Shown: positions 53,348 to 63,848 of the stretch, one piece after another
Numbering within the stretch: position 1 is the stretch's first letter
Layout of the letters: each line of letters starts with the position of its first letter
From: an uncultured Alphaproteobacteria bacterium
GTDB lineage: Bacteria; Pseudomonadota; Alphaproteobacteria; Rhizobiales; Xanthobacteraceae
DNA: 64,000 nt
NCBI GenBank assembly: GCA_963738155.1
Contig: CAVTVG010000007.1
Span: 249,834-313,833 of the forward strand
Direction of reading: 5' to 3'
Position numbers and translations under genes: made by a program
The notes under the pieces: model-generated
What the model was told of the DNA's origin: nothing
Databases searched by the model: none
The model's input: the letters and a program-made list of their open reading frames with translations, nothing else

Positions 53348-54667
53348 CTATGCCGCCATCAGCACGTGGATGTCGTGATCCTCGTCCAGTCCCGCGATGT
53401 TGCGCTGGAGCGTGGCGGCGCGTTCGACACCGATGACTGGATCGGCGAGACTGTGAAACTTGGCGGCAAGGCGCTCGCCCTGGCGGGCCAGATCCTGGTC
53501 GGGAATCGCGACATCGAATGTCGCTTCGGCAGTTTGGCCGCCACTGGTCCTGATCATGACCTGGGCATCGCGGCCGGCGGTGCGATCGCCGTGCACGGTC
53601 ACTCGCTCGCGAACCGCAACGAGCGTCGCATCGCGGGCGTTCTCGTCCGAATAGGTCCCGATCGCGGCCGTATCCTTGCCGCACGCCGCGAGCGCCGCGG
53701 TATGGCGCAGGCTGAACTTGGTTTCGAGGCCGCTCCGGGGCGAAGGGATGTTGCACACCGATAGATGTCCCGGCGCGACGTGCAGGTCGATACCAGCCAC
53801 GTCGGGACCGTCGAAAGCCAGCTGCCGGCGCAACAGCTTGATCGCCTCGATGCTGGAATGGGTGAGATAGCAGGCGGCGTGATATTTGAAGAGCGTCCCG
53901 ACAACGAGGCTGCCCGGCCGCGGCAACGGCTGATCTGCCGATGGATCGGCATCGCTCTGCGTTGCAATGAAACCCTGCGCCACCTCAAGCACGCTCGTAT
54001 TGGCGGTAAATCCTCGCGCAGCAAGGCGTGCGGCCAGCACACCGTTGGCCGCGGCACGACCGGCATGGAACGGTTTTGCCATGGTGCCGAACATCGATTT
54101 CAGGCCGGCCGCCTGGGTGCCGGCAAGACCAAGCGCGACAGCCATCTGCGCCTCATCGAGATCGAGCAGTAGCCCGGCCGCCGCGGCCGCCCCGAACGAG
54201 CCAAGGGTGGCGGTCCCGTGAAAGCCGCGCTCATAGTGCGAGCGCATCACGAGCGAACCGACGAAGCCGGCCGCCTCATGGCCGGCGATGAAAGCACGCA
54301 GCACGTCGGTTCCCGAACGGCCGGTCGCCTCGGCGATCGCCAGCACCGCCGGCAATATTGCGGCGGTGGGGTGACCTATCAGCGGATGAACGTCGTCGTA
54401 GTCCAGCGCGTGCGAGGTCGCGCCGTTGATCAAGGCGGCATCGACCGGCGAGCAGCGGAGATTGAAGCCGACGATCGACGCCGGTCCCTGCGAAGAAGCC
54501 GCCAGTTCCTCGCGCAGGATGCGGGCGACCGGCTCGTTTGAACCCGCCAGCGTCACGCCATACCAATCCAGAATGCATTGTTTGGCGACCGTCAGCGCTG
54601 CGGAATCGAGCTCGGCGGTCCGATAGCCGACGATATGACGGGCAAGCTTCGCAGTCAGGTCAGGCAT
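53348..54667 (-). CDS. MmgE/PrpD family protein
   Basis: AALINGATSHALDYDD, GHPTA, GFHGTAT, KPFHAG, FKYHAAC..THS, KFSL. Confidence 0.92.
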   Translation of the reverse strand: MPDLTAKLARHIVGYRTAELDSAALTVAKQCILDWYGVTLAGSNEPVARILREELAASSQGPASIVGFNLRCSPVDAALINGATSHALDYDDVHPLIGHPTAAILPAVLAIAEATGRSGTDVLRAFIAGHEAAGFVGSLVMRSHYERGFHGTATLGSFGAAAAAGLLLDLDEAQMAVALGLAGTQAAGLKSMFGTMAKPFHAGRAAANGVLAARLAARGFTANTSVLEVAQGFIATQSDADPSADQPLPRPGSLVVGTLFKYHAACYLTHSSIEAIKLLRRQLAFDGPDVAGIDLHVAPGHLSVCNIPSPRSGLETKFSLRHTAALAACGKDTAAIGTYSDENARDATLVAVRERVTVHGDRTAGRDAQVMIRTSGGQTAEATFDVAIPDQDLARQGERLAAKFHSLADPVIGVERAATLQRNIAGLDEDHDIHVLMAA

Positions 54668-54789
54668 GTTTCGCTCCCGTGTCTCACTTTGTAGTTGAGC
54701 TAGCTTTGAATGGAGACCTGGGTCAAAATAGGCCTGCCGGCAGTCCGGAGCAAGGATGCTCGCAAGCGCCGTTCATCAAAGGGCAAGAC

Positions 54790-55995
54790 ATGTCAGTCGA
54801 TACGCAAGCCGCCACCGACCGTCTCATGCGTTTCCTCGGCATCGAGGGCGTGACCGGAAAGGAGGCCGCGATCGGGCGCGAGCTCACCGCGGCGCTGCAG
54901 GAGAGCGGCGTGCCGCGGGAAGCGATCCGTCTCGACGATGCCAATACGCGCATTCCCCTGCCGACCGAGACCGGCAACCTGATCGTCGATCTGCCCGGCC
55001 GCGGCGCGATGCACAACCAGCCGCGGATCATGTTCATGACCCACATGGACACCGTGCCGCTATGCGCCGGCGCGAAGCCGAAGCTCGCCGGCCGCAAAAT
55101 CGTCAATCAGGCGAAAACCGCGCTCGGCGGCGACAACCGTTGCGGCTGCGGCGTTCTCGTGACGCTTGCGGCCGAGCTCGCGAAACAAAAGCTCGATCAT
55201 CCGCCGATCACGCTGCTGTTCTGTGTACGGGAGGAGAGCGGGCTGTGGGGCGCGCGCAAGGTCAAGACCGAGGACCTCGGCTCGCCAATCCTGGCTTTCA
55301 ACTATGACGGCGGTTCCGCCTCCAATGTCACGATCGGCGCCGTCGGTGCGGATCGCTGGCAGGTCGAGATTTTCGGTCGTGCCTCGCATGCCGGCGTCGC
55401 GCCGGAGCGCGGGATCAGTTCGACCATGATCCTCGCACTTGCGCTCGCCGACCTGAAGGCCGGCGGCTGGTTCGGCAAGGTGGTGAAGGGCAAGCGGCAA
55501 GACAGGATGGAAGGCACCAGCAATGTCGGTCCCGTCACCGGTGGCGACGGCCGGCCGGCAGGGGACGCCACCAATGTCGTCACCGATTACGTGCATGTGC
55601 GCGGCGAAAGCCGCAGCCATGATGCGAAGTTCTTCAAGGAAATCACCAAAGCCTACAAGGCGGCGTTCGAGAAGGCCGCCAAGCGCGTCAAGAACAGCGA
55701 GGGCAAGTCAGGCCGCATCAAGTTCAAGGCCGAGACCGACTATTATCCGTTCCGCATGAAAGACAGCCTGCCGATCGTCAAGCGCGCGGCCGCGGCCGTC
55801 TCCGCCGTCGGTGGAGCGCCGGCGATCCGCGCCGCGAATGGCGGCCTCGACGCGAACTGGATGGTCCGCCACGGTGTTCCGACCGTGACGTTCGGCGCGG
55901 GGCAGAACGAGCCGCATACGATCGACGAATGGATCAATCTCGACGAATACGAGCGGGCATGTGCGCTCGCCGTGCAGCTTGCGACCACGCGGTGA
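54790..55995 (+). CDS. M20 family peptidase (peptidase T-like)
   Basis: THMDTVP, LGGDNRCG, VREESG, ASHAG..PERG, NEPHTIDE. Confidence 0.88.
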   Translation: MSVDTQAATDRLMRFLGIEGVTGKEAAIGRELTAALQESGVPREAIRLDDANTRIPLPTETGNLIVDLPGRGAMHNQPRIMFMTHMDTVPLCAGAKPKLAGRKIVNQAKTALGGDNRCGCGVLVTLAAELAKQKLDHPPITLLFCVREESGLWGARKVKTEDLGSPILAFNYDGGSASNVTIGAVGADRWQVEIFGRASHAGVAPERGISSTMILALALADLKAGGWFGKVVKGKRQDRMEGTSNVGPVTGGDGRPAGDATNVVTDYVHVRGESRSHDAKFFKEITKAYKAAFEKAAKRVKNSEGKSGRIKFKAETDYYPFRMKDSLPIVKRAAAAVSAVGGAPAIRAANGGLDANWMVRHGVPTVTFGAGQNEPHTIDEWINLDEYERACALAVQLATTR

Positions 55996-55999
55996 TGAC

Positions 56000-57595
56000 C
56001 TAGTTCACCCCGCGATTTCGACCCTGCCAATAGGGATCGCGAAGGCTGCGCTTCAGAATTTTACCGGCACCCGATTTAGGCAACGGTTCTTTCCGGATCA
56101 CCACCGATCGGGGCACCTTGTATCCGCCGATATGCTCACGGCATACGGCCACGATTTCGTCGACCGTGATGGAGGTACCCGGTTTTGCGACAATTTCGGC
56201 ATGGACGATCTCTCCGAAGCTCTCATGGGGAATCCCGAACACCGCCACCTCCAGCACGGCGGAATGGTGAAAGACGGCGTTTTCGACTTCCGTCGTGTAG
56301 ACGTTCTCGCCCCCTGAAATGATCATGTCTTTGGCGCGGTCTACGACGAACAGGTAGCCTTCCTCATCCGCCCAGGCCACGTCCCCGCTCTTGTACCAAC
56401 CATCACCGACAAGGGCGCTGGCCGTCTCCTCCGGCCGCTTCCAATAGCCCAGCATGATGTTCGGTCCGCGCACGTAGACCTCGCCGGTCTCGCGCGGCTT
56501 GCAAACCGAACCGTCAGGACGGCGGACTTCGACTTCGACGCCGACGACCGGTTGTCCGCAACTCGCGAGCCGGCCCTTCGCCGGTTCGATCCCGCGCGCG
56601 CCCTCGCGATTGTCGGTGCGCTGTGTCGAGGTTACCAAGGGCGAGGCCTCGGTCATCCCATAGAGCTGGACGATATCGCACGGCAACAAGTTGCAGACCC
56701 GGAGCAGCAGATCCACCGGCATCGGCGAAGCTCCGTACATGAGCAAACGCCATGCAGAAAAGTCCCGGTTCACTGTCGCCGGGTGATTGAGCAACATGTT
56801 GATCATCGTCGGGACGATCAGAGCCACAGTGACTCGTTCCGTTTCGACGACGTTCCCGAATAACTCCGGCTCGTAGCCGCGGATGCAGACATGGGCGCCG
56901 CCCATGAATGTCAGCGCGAACGTCGTTGCTGCATCGGCGGCGTGAAACATCGGTGCGGCATGGATAAAGCGATCCGTCGGCAACAACGGGTTGGCAAGCA
57001 GCATGTGCTTGGCATTGGCCAGCAGGTTGCCATGGCTCTGCATCACGCCCTTGGGCAGGCCTGTCGTGCCCCCGGTGTAGGAAATGGCTGCAAGCGTGTC
57101 CGCGGCGATCGCGCGGAGTTCGGAATGGTTCTCGTTGAGGGGCGTTGCCGAGCACACATCGTCCCAATGGACCCACCCGTCCGGAGCGGACTCCGTCCCG
57201 GAGTAAAGCAGGTAATCGAGACAGGGGCATCGCTGCTTCAAATGCAGCGCTATCTCAAGGTAGGCACCATCGGCGACGATGGCGCGCGCTCCACAATCGT
57301 TGATGATGAATTCCAGTTCCGGGATGGCAAGCCGGTAGTTGAGATCATTGAGCACCATCCCCGCGGCGGGAATGCCGACCCAACACTCCAGGTGCCGAAA
57401 ACTGTTCTGGCCGATTGAGGCGACGACCTCGCCTGTGCGCAGCCCGAGGTCGCGCAGGCCGGCGGCGAGGCCGCGCACTCTGCGGCTCCATTGCGCGTAA
57501 CTGAGGCGTGTTTCTCCGTCGACAATCGCCTCAGCGTTCGGACGCGTCGCCACCGCACGCGCCATCGGCCACGCCAGGGTTCCTTGGTTCGCCAT
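56000..57595 (-). CDS. Long-chain acyl-CoA synthetase (ANL superfamily)
   Basis: YTGGTTGLPKG, YGMTE, WYKSGD, RAKDMIISGGEN, PKSGAGKILK. Confidence 0.92.
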   Translation of the reverse strand: MANQGTLAWPMARAVATRPNAEAIVDGETRLSYAQWSRRVRGLAAGLRDLGLRTGEVVASIGQNSFRHLECWVGIPAAGMVLNDLNYRLAIPELEFIINDCGARAIVADGAYLEIALHLKQRCPCLDYLLYSGTESAPDGWVHWDDVCSATPLNENHSELRAIAADTLAAISYTGGTTGLPKGVMQSHGNLLANAKHMLLANPLLPTDRFIHAAPMFHAADAATTFALTFMGGAHVCIRGYEPELFGNVVETERVTVALIVPTMINMLLNHPATVNRDFSAWRLLMYGASPMPVDLLLRVCNLLPCDIVQLYGMTEASPLVTSTQRTDNREGARGIEPAKGRLASCGQPVVGVEVEVRRPDGSVCKPRETGEVYVRGPNIMLGYWKRPEETASALVGDGWYKSGDVAWADEEGYLFVVDRAKDMIISGGENVYTTEVENAVFHHSAVLEVAVFGIPHESFGEIVHAEIVAKPGTSITVDEIVAVCREHIGGYKVPRSVVIRKEPLPKSGAGKILKRSLRDPYWQGRNRGVN

Positions 57596-57801
57596 TGCCC
57601 CCTCCCCACAAGCTCGAGCGCGCCAAGGCTAGCATCTTGCGTTTCCGCGGCAACGGGAGAAGGGCGCAATGGTGCTGTGACGCGATATCCGCCAGGGACT
57701 GGAGCCCTCGCCCGCCTCACCTGAAAGCCAACTCCGCGATCACGGGCGGAGCCTGACTGGTTCCGTGATCTTCATTCGGCGATCAAGGCACCCCCGAAAT
57801 C

Positions 57802-57840
57802 TTGACACGACGCCTGGGTAACGCCATATTTGTAACTACA
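57802..57840 (+). promoter_or_regulatory. Sigma-70 promoter and palindromic operator of brnTA
   Basis: TTGACA-N17-CATATT followed immediately by palindrome TGTAACTACA. Confidence 0.7.
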
Positions 57841-57857
57841 GCAATGAAGGATAGCGG

Positions 57858-58145
57858 GTGCGCTGGACGTGGGACCCGGACAAGGCGGTGACAAACCGCC
57901 TCAAACACGGGCTGTCGTTCGAAACCGCGGTGTTGGTGTTTGACGACCCTCTCCAGGTATCGAGACCGGACGCACATCCGGACGGCGATCGTTGGCACAC
58001 CATCGGACTCGTCAGGCCAGTATTGCTGCTGGTGGTTCATACTTGTACGGAAGACTCTGAAGACGACGAGCAAGTCGGCCGCATCATCAGCGCCCGCAAG
58101 GCCACGGCAGGCGAAAGGAAAGCCTATGAAGAAGGAAGCTTCTAA
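57858..58145 (+). CDS. brnT: BrnT family toxin
   Basis: WTWDPDKAVTNRLKHGLSFETAVLVFDDP...LLVVHT...RIISARKAT.GER..Y. Confidence 0.93.
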   Translation: MRWTWDPDKAVTNRLKHGLSFETAVLVFDDPLQVSRPDAHPDGDRWHTIGLVRPVLLLVVHTCTEDSEDDEQVGRIISARKATAGERKAYEEGSF

Positions 58146-58431
58146 GCGGTTGACGCCCGCGCAGCGAGCGGAACTGAAGTCGCTCGCGGCGCTCCCTGAG
58201 GATGCCATCGACACATCAGACGCGCCAGAACTCCTTGACTGGTCCGGCGCCAAGCGCGGCCTTTTCTATCGACCCGTCAAGCAGCAACTCACTCTACGGC
58301 TCGATGCCGATGTCGTCGCCTGGTTCAAGGGCCACACGACGTCCGATGAAGGCTATCAGACTCGGATCAATCGAGCGTTACGCGAGTACGTGCAGCGACA
58401 GATAGGCCGACCGCGACGATCCAGAGCCTGA
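58126..58431 (+). CDS. brnA: BrnA family antitoxin
   Basis: RPVKQQLTLRLDADVVAWFK...GYQTRINRALR RHH motif; overlaps the brnT 3' end. Confidence 0.93.
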   Translation: MKKEASKRLTPAQRAELKSLAALPEDAIDTSDAPELLDWSGAKRGLFYRPVKQQLTLRLDADVVAWFKGHTTSDEGYQTRINRALREYVQRQIGRPRRSRA

Positions 58432-58462
58432 TCGGCACTGTCGCCCCGGTTGGCATCCCCGC

Positions 58463-60235
58463 TCAGCTCTGCGGCAAGTTCAGCCGGATGTGCAACTCGC
58501 GCAGCTGCTTCTGCGCCACCTCGCTTGGCGCGCCCATCAAGAGGTCGACCGCCTGCTGGTTCATCGGGAACAGCGAGATTTCACGCAGGTTTGTGGTGCC
58601 GCACAGGAGCATGACGATGCGGTCGACGCCGGCCGCCATGCCGCCATGCGGCGGCGCGCCGTACTGGAACGCGCGGTACATGCCGCCGAAACGCTCGACG
58701 ACTTCCTTCTCGCCATAGCCCGCGATCTCGAACGCCTTCACCATCGCCTCCGGGCGATGATTGCGGATGCCGCCGGAGGCGATCTCGTAGCCGTTGCAGG
58801 TGATGTCGTACTGGAACGCCTTGATCGACAGCGGGTCCTGCGATGTCAGCGCCTCCAGCCCGCCCTGCGGCATCGAGAACGGGTTATGCGAGAAGTCAAT
58901 CTTCTTGTTCTCTTCGTCGTACTCATACATCGGAAAGTCGACGATCCAGGCGAGCTCGAAGCGCTCCCTGTCGATCAGGTTCAACTCCTCGCCGAGCTTG
59001 GTGCGCGCAAGGCCGGAAAACTTCCAGAATTTGTCGGGATCGCCGGCGACGAAGAAGGCGGCATCGCCCTCCTTCAGGCCAAGCTGGGCGCGAATCGCTG
59101 CAGTCCGCTCCGGGCCGATGTTGTTGGCGAGCGGACCCGCGCCCTCATTGCCCTCGCGCCACATGATGTAGCCGAGTCCGGGCTGGCCCTCGCCCTGCGC
59201 CCACGAATTCATGCGGTCGCAGAAGGCGCGGCTGCCGCCGCCCTTGCCCGGGATCGCCCACACCTGGTTCTTCTTGTCTTCCAGCAGGCGTGCGAACACC
59301 TTGAAGCCCGAGCCGCGGAAATGCTCGGAGACATCCTGCATCACGATCGGGTTGCGCAGGTCCGGCTTGTCGCTGCCGTATTTGCGCAAGGCTTCGGCAA
59401 AGGGAATCCGCGGCCAGCCCTTGGTGACGTGCTTGCCGTTGGCGAACTCCTCGAACACGCCGGTGACAACAGGCTCCAGCACCGCGAACACGTCGTCCTG
59501 CTCGACAAAGCTCATCTCGACGTCGAGCTGGTAGAACTCGCCCGGCAGGCGGTCGGCGCGCGGGTCCTCATCGCGGAAACACGGCGCGATCTGGAAGTAG
59601 CGGTCGAAGCCCGACATCATCAACAGCTGCTTGTACTGCTGCGGCGCCTGCGGCAACGCGTAGAACTTGCCGGGATGAATCCGCGACGGCACCAGGAAGT
59701 CGCGCGCGCCTTCGGGCGACGACGCGGTCAGGATCGGCGTCTGGAATTCGAAGAAGCCTTGCTCCTTCATGCGGCGGCGCATGGAATCAATGATCTTGCC
59801 GCGCGTCATGATGTTCTGGTGCAGCTTCTCGCGGCGCAGGTCGAGGAAGCGATATTTCAGCCGGATGTCTTCAGGATATTCCTGCTCGCCGAAAACAGGC
59901 ATCGGCAGCTCGTCGGCCGCGCCCAGCACCTCGATGTCGGCGACGTAGAGCTCAACGTGGCCGGTCGGCAGTTCCGGGTTGTCGGTACCCTCGGGACGGC
60001 GGCGCACCTTGCCCTCCATCCGCACCACCCATTCCGAGCGCAGCTTCTCGGCGAGCTTGAACGCCGGCGAATCCGGATCGACCACGCATTGCGTCAGCCC
60101 GTAATGGTCACGCAAATCGATGAACAGCACGCCGCCATGGTCGCGGATGCGGTGACACCAGCCCGAGAGGCGAGCGGTCTCGCCGATATGACTCTCGCGG
60201 AGCGCGCCGCAGGTATGGGTCCGGTAACGATGCAT
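58463..60235 (-). CDS. aspS: Aspartate--tRNA ligase, probably non-discriminating (Asp/Asn)
   Basis: YRTHTCG, RDHGG..FIDLRD, ALPQAPQ.YKQLLM, CFRDED.RADR, PPHGG.A.G.DR; His in RDHGG and Gly in RPEG match ND-AspRS determinants. Confidence 0.97.
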   Translation of the reverse strand: MHRYRTHTCGALRESHIGETARLSGWCHRIRDHGGVLFIDLRDHYGLTQCVVDPDSPAFKLAEKLRSEWVVRMEGKVRRRPEGTDNPELPTGHVELYVADIEVLGAADELPMPVFGEQEYPEDIRLKYRFLDLRREKLHQNIMTRGKIIDSMRRRMKEQGFFEFQTPILTASSPEGARDFLVPSRIHPGKFYALPQAPQQYKQLLMMSGFDRYFQIAPCFRDEDPRADRLPGEFYQLDVEMSFVEQDDVFAVLEPVVTGVFEEFANGKHVTKGWPRIPFAEALRKYGSDKPDLRNPIVMQDVSEHFRGSGFKVFARLLEDKKNQVWAIPGKGGGSRAFCDRMNSWAQGEGQPGLGYIMWREGNEGAGPLANNIGPERTAAIRAQLGLKEGDAAFFVAGDPDKFWKFSGLARTKLGEELNLIDRERFELAWIVDFPMYEYDEENKKIDFSHNPFSMPQGGLEALTSQDPLSIKAFQYDITCNGYEIASGGIRNHRPEAMVKAFEIAGYGEKEVVERFGGMYRAFQYGAPPHGGMAAGVDRIVMLLCGTTNLREISLFPMNQQAVDLLMGAPSEVAQKQLRELHIRLNLPQS

Positions 60236-60392
60236 GGATGTCTCAAACAAATGTCGGAGGTTCGAATCGGACGGCCTTGGGACCGGGTCCAAAACGCGGG
60301 AGGGGTTTAGCCGAGGCGTTCCCGCACGGCAACCGAATGCAAGGGGAAGTTTGGGCCTCGAAAAAGGCCTCCAGCAGGCTTATCTTGGGGCC

Positions 60393-61862
60393 ATGACGGT
60401 GCATTTCCCCTTCCAGAACACTTACGCCGCCCTGCCGGCGAACTTTTTCGCCCGGGTGGCGCCGACCCCGGTGGCCGCGCCCCGGCTGATCAAGCTGAAC
60501 CGGCCGCTGGCGATCCAGCTCGGCCTCGATCCGGAGCTGCTGGAGACGCCGGAAGGCGCGGAAATCCTGGCCGGCAAGACGCTGCCCGCCGGCGCCGATC
60601 CGATCGCGATGGCCTATGCCGGCCATCAGTTCGGGCACTTTGTTCCCCAACTCGGCGACGGCCGCGCCATCCTGCTCGGCGAGGTCATCGACAAGGACGG
60701 CGTCCGCCGCGATATCCAACTCAAGGGCTCGGGCCCCACGCCATTCTCCCGCCGGGGCGATGGCCGCGCCGCGCTTGGGCCGGTGCTGCGCGAATACATC
60801 GTCAGCGAGGCGATGTTCGCGCTGGGCATTCCGACCACGCGTTCGCTGGCAGCCGTGATCACGGGCGAGAATGTGGTCCGCGAGACCATGCTGCCGGGCG
60901 CGGTGCTCACGCGCGTCGCGTCGAGCCACATCCGCGTCGGCACCTTTCAGTATTTCGCCGCGCGCCAGGATACTGATGCGCTGCGCCGGCTCGCCGATCA
61001 TGTGATCGCGCGCCACTATCCGGATCTGGCAGGAACCGATCGTCCCTATCATGCCCTGCTATCAGGCGTCGTGGCGCGGCAAGCCGAGCTGGTGGCGCGC
61101 TGGCTGCATATCGGCTTCATCCATGGCGTGATGAACACCGACAACACTTCCATCTCCGGCGAGACGATCGATTACGGCCCCTGCGCCTTCATGGATCACT
61201 ACGATCCGGGCCAGGTGTTCTCATCGATCGACGAGCTCGGCCGCTACGCCTATGCCAACCAGCCGCGGATCGCGCTGTGGAATCTGACGCGGCTTGCCGA
61301 ATGCGTGCTGCCGCTGATGTCCGACGACCAGGACAAGGCAATCGCGGAAGCGCAGGAGATTCTCGGCGCATTCCCGGAGAAGTTTGCGGCCGCCTATCAG
61401 GCCGGCTTGCGCAGGAAGATCGGCCTGTTCACGGCGCGTGACGGCGACGAGGCGCTGGTGCAGGACCTGCTCGACGCGATGGCGCAGGGCAAGGCGGACT
61501 TCACCCTCACCTTCCGCCGCCTTAGCGATGCCGCGGCCGGCGACACAAGCGAGGTCCGCGCGCTGTTCGCCGAGCCCGCGGCGTTCGATGAATGGGTCGC
61601 GCGCTGGCGGCAACGCATCACTGAGGAGCCGCAATCGGCTGCCGAGCGGCAGGCCGCGATGCGCGCGGTCAATCCCGCCTTCATCCCGCGCAACCACCGC
61701 ATCGAAGCGGTGATTGTGGCGGCGATCAACGAGGATTACGCGCCGTTCGAGGAGCTTCTGAAGGTCTTGACGAAGCCCTATCAAGATCAACCGGAATTCG
61801 CCGGCTATGCCGACCCGCCGAGACCTGAAGAGCGGGTGTGCCAGACTTTTTGCGGGACGTGA
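60393..61862 (+). CDS. selO: Protein adenylyltransferase SelO (YdiU)
   Basis: [47 protein letters not shown]-terminal TFCGT. Confidence 0.95.
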   Translation: MTVHFPFQNTYAALPANFFARVAPTPVAAPRLIKLNRPLAIQLGLDPELLETPEGAEILAGKTLPAGADPIAMAYAGHQFGHFVPQLGDGRAILLGEVIDKDGVRRDIQLKGSGPTPFSRRGDGRAALGPVLREYIVSEAMFALGIPTTRSLAAVITGENVVRETMLPGAVLTRVASSHIRVGTFQYFAARQDTDALRRLADHVIARHYPDLAGTDRPYHALLSGVVARQAELVARWLHIGFIHGVMNTDNTSISGETIDYGPCAFMDHYDPGQVFSSIDELGRYAYANQPRIALWNLTRLAECVLPLMSDDQDKAIAEAQEILGAFPEKFAAAYQAGLRRKIGLFTARDGDEALVQDLLDAMAQGKADFTLTFRRLSDAAAGDTSEVRALFAEPAAFDEWVARWRQRITEEPQSAAERQAAMRAVNPAFIPRNHRIEAVIVAAINEDYAPFEELLKVLTKPYQDQPEFAGYADPPRPEERVCQTFCGT

Positions 61863-61895
61863 TGTTACGGCCCTCAACGACGCGAGGGCTCTGTC

Positions 61896-62144
61896 TCATT
61901 GACCTTCCCGGCCACGAGGCGGCTTGAAGGTCTTTTCGGCGCCATTCGCCGTCACCTTGATGAGATCACTCATGATCTCGACGCAAACCGCGCCGTCTTT
62001 CCTGACGGCAAAACCGCATTCGCCGGGTTCCTCATATTCAAAGTCAGCTCGACTTTTGGGAGCCAACACCTCCAAATCCGCCCAAGGTTCGATCGCGACC
62101 TTCAAAGGCCTATCGGTCAAATTCTCGACGAAGAATTTTGGCAT
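61896..62144 (-). CDS. Small hypothetical protein
   Basis: MPKFFVENLTDRPLKVAIEPWAD...; 82 aa, beta-rich. Confidence 0.6.
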   Translation of the reverse strand: MPKFFVENLTDRPLKVAIEPWADLEVLAPKSRADFEYEEPGECGFAVRKDGAVCVEIMSDLIKVTANGAEKTFKPPRGREGQ

Positions 62145-62254
62145 TTCGCGCGCTCCATTCCCGCCGCTCCATCCCACGCGGCCGCCCCATTAACCCAAAT
62201 CTTTAAGCCCCTGCACACCATCCGCGGACGCGCCTCCTTCCCCGACCCCTCCAA

Positions 62255-62269
62255 TTAAGATTCGGTCAA
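62255..62269. promoter_or_regulatory. Near-consensus CtrA box containing a GANTC site
   Basis: TTAA-GATTCGG-TCAA. Confidence 0.4.
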
Positions 62270-62311
62270 TCCGCCCCGGCAAAGCTGATCACTTTGCTGG
62301 GGGATATTGTC

Positions 62312-62422
62312 GTGGACGCACTGATGTTCGAGTTCATGGGGCTGGCGATGCTGGGCCTTTGCGTCATCGTTCTGGCGGTCCCATCGGGACGGCAGTCCTC
62401 CCGTCGGGTCCGGTCCAACTGA
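62312..62422 (+). CDS. 36-aa single-pass membrane small protein
   Basis: (GTG)DALMFEFMGLAMLGLCVIVLAVPSGRQSSRRVRSN; RBS GGGGGA. Confidence 0.45.
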   Translation: MDALMFEFMGLAMLGLCVIVLAVPSGRQSSRRVRSN

Positions 62423-62579
62423 TTCCTCGCACCTGATCCACAGCCGGGCCCGGCCGCCGTCACAGCAGTGCCTTGAATTTCCACTCTATTGCTGGACTGC
62501 AGGGCCTGAATTCGCCTCAAGACCCTTGACAGAACAGCGCTTTCAGACGAACGCCTGTTGAACGCGTCATAGGTCGTTC

Positions 62580-63731
62580 ATGGATCTCGTCACTACCACT
62601 TCGGAACTCGCGGCTGTCTGTGCGCGCCTGGAACGGCACCCCGTCATCACCGTCGACACCGAGTTTCTGCGGGAAACCACCTACTATCCGCTGCTCTGCG
62701 TCGTGCAGATGGCAAGCCCGGAGGAAGCCGTCGTGGTCGACGCGCTGGCGCCCGGCATCGACCTGAAAGCCTTCTTCGAGCTGATGGGCAACGAGAAGGT
62801 CCTGAAGGTCTTCCACGCCGCCCGCCAGGACATCGAGATCATCTGGCATCGCGCCAACATGTTGCCGCATCCGATCTTCGACACCCAGGTCGCGGCGATG
62901 GTGCTCGGCTATGGCGACTCCATCGCCTACGACCAGCTGGTCCAGCGCATCACCGGCCATCGCCCGGACAAGACCCACCGCTTTACCGACTGGTCGCGGC
63001 GCCCACTCAGCAGTGAGCAGATTCACTACGCGGTCTCCGACGTCACCCATCTGCGCGACGTCTTCATCGCGCTCGATGCCGATCTGAAGAAGCGCGACCG
63101 CAACAACTGGGTCAGCGAGGAGATGGAGGTTCTGACCTCGCCGCGCACCTACGATTTCCATCCCGAGCGCGCCTGGGAGCGGCTGAAGACGCGCGTGCGC
63201 AAGCCGCGCGAGCTCGCGGTGCTGATGGAGGTCGCGGCCTGGCGCGAGCAGGAGGCGCAGAGCCGCGACGTGCCGCGCGGCCGCGTGCTGAAGGACGACG
63301 CGGTCGGCGATATCGCCACGCATGCGCCGACGACGCTGGAGAAGCTCGCCAATCTGCGCTCGCTGCCGCGGGGGTTCGACCGCTCGAAATGGGGCAGCGA
63401 CATCGTCGCCGCCGTGCAGCGCGGGCTTGCGCGCGATCAGGCGACGCTGCCGAAACTGGAGAAGCCGCGCAACAATTCCAACGGCGCCGCCACGGTGGAG
63501 CTGCTGAAAGTGTTGCTGCGCATGACCTCCGAGCGTCATGCGGTCGCAAGCAAGGTGATCGCCACCGTCGACGACCTCGAGCAGATCGCCAATGACGATC
63601 AGGCCGATGTCGCCGCCCTGCATGGCTGGCGGCGCGAATTGTTCGGCGAGGCCGCGCTGGCGCTGAAACACGGAAAGCTGGCGCTGGCGATCGAAAAGGG
63701 CCGCGTGATCAGGGTCGACCGCGGCGAGTAG
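62580..63731 (+). CDS. rnd: Ribonuclease D
   Basis: [44 protein letters not shown] domain. Confidence 0.96.
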   Translation: MDLVTTTSELAAVCARLERHPVITVDTEFLRETTYYPLLCVVQMASPEEAVVVDALAPGIDLKAFFELMGNEKVLKVFHAARQDIEIIWHRANMLPHPIFDTQVAAMVLGYGDSIAYDQLVQRITGHRPDKTHRFTDWSRRPLSSEQIHYAVSDVTHLRDVFIALDADLKKRDRNNWVSEEMEVLTSPRTYDFHPERAWERLKTRVRKPRELAVLMEVAAWREQEAQSRDVPRGRVLKDDAVGDIATHAPTTLEKLANLRSLPRGFDRSKWGSDIVAAVQRGLARDQATLPKLEKPRNNSNGAATVELLKVLLRMTSERHAVASKVIATVDDLEQIANDDQADVAALHGWRRELFGEAALALKHGKLALAIEKGRVIRVDRGE

Positions 63732-63735
63732 TAGT

Positions 63736-63832
63736 CCCTCATGGTGAGGAGGCGCTTAGCGCCGTCTCGAACCATGAGGCCTGACCGTGGCCTCATCCTT
63801 CGAGACGCGCTTCGCGCTCCTCAGGATGAGGG
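63736..63832. repeat. Inverted REP doublet (REPIN-like) between convergent genes
   Basis: CCCTCATGGTGAGGAGGCGCTTAGCGCCGTCTCGAACCATGAGGC and inverted GCCTCATCCTTCGAGACGCGCTTCGCGCTCCTCAGGATGAGGG. Confidence 0.85.
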
Positions 63833-63848
63833 GATAAAGCCACTTCCG

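Noticed and set aside
57628-57670. CTAG-initiated hairpin as the missing hairpin B of the element truncated at 41840
   Set aside because: Stem sequence, length and loop do not match either subfamily, and there is no closing CTAG.
41841-58460. Classical genomic island, prophage or integron
   Set aside because: No integrase, tRNA, terminal direct repeats, phage genes or attC-type RYYYAAC/GTTRRRY sites recognised; genes alternate in orientation.
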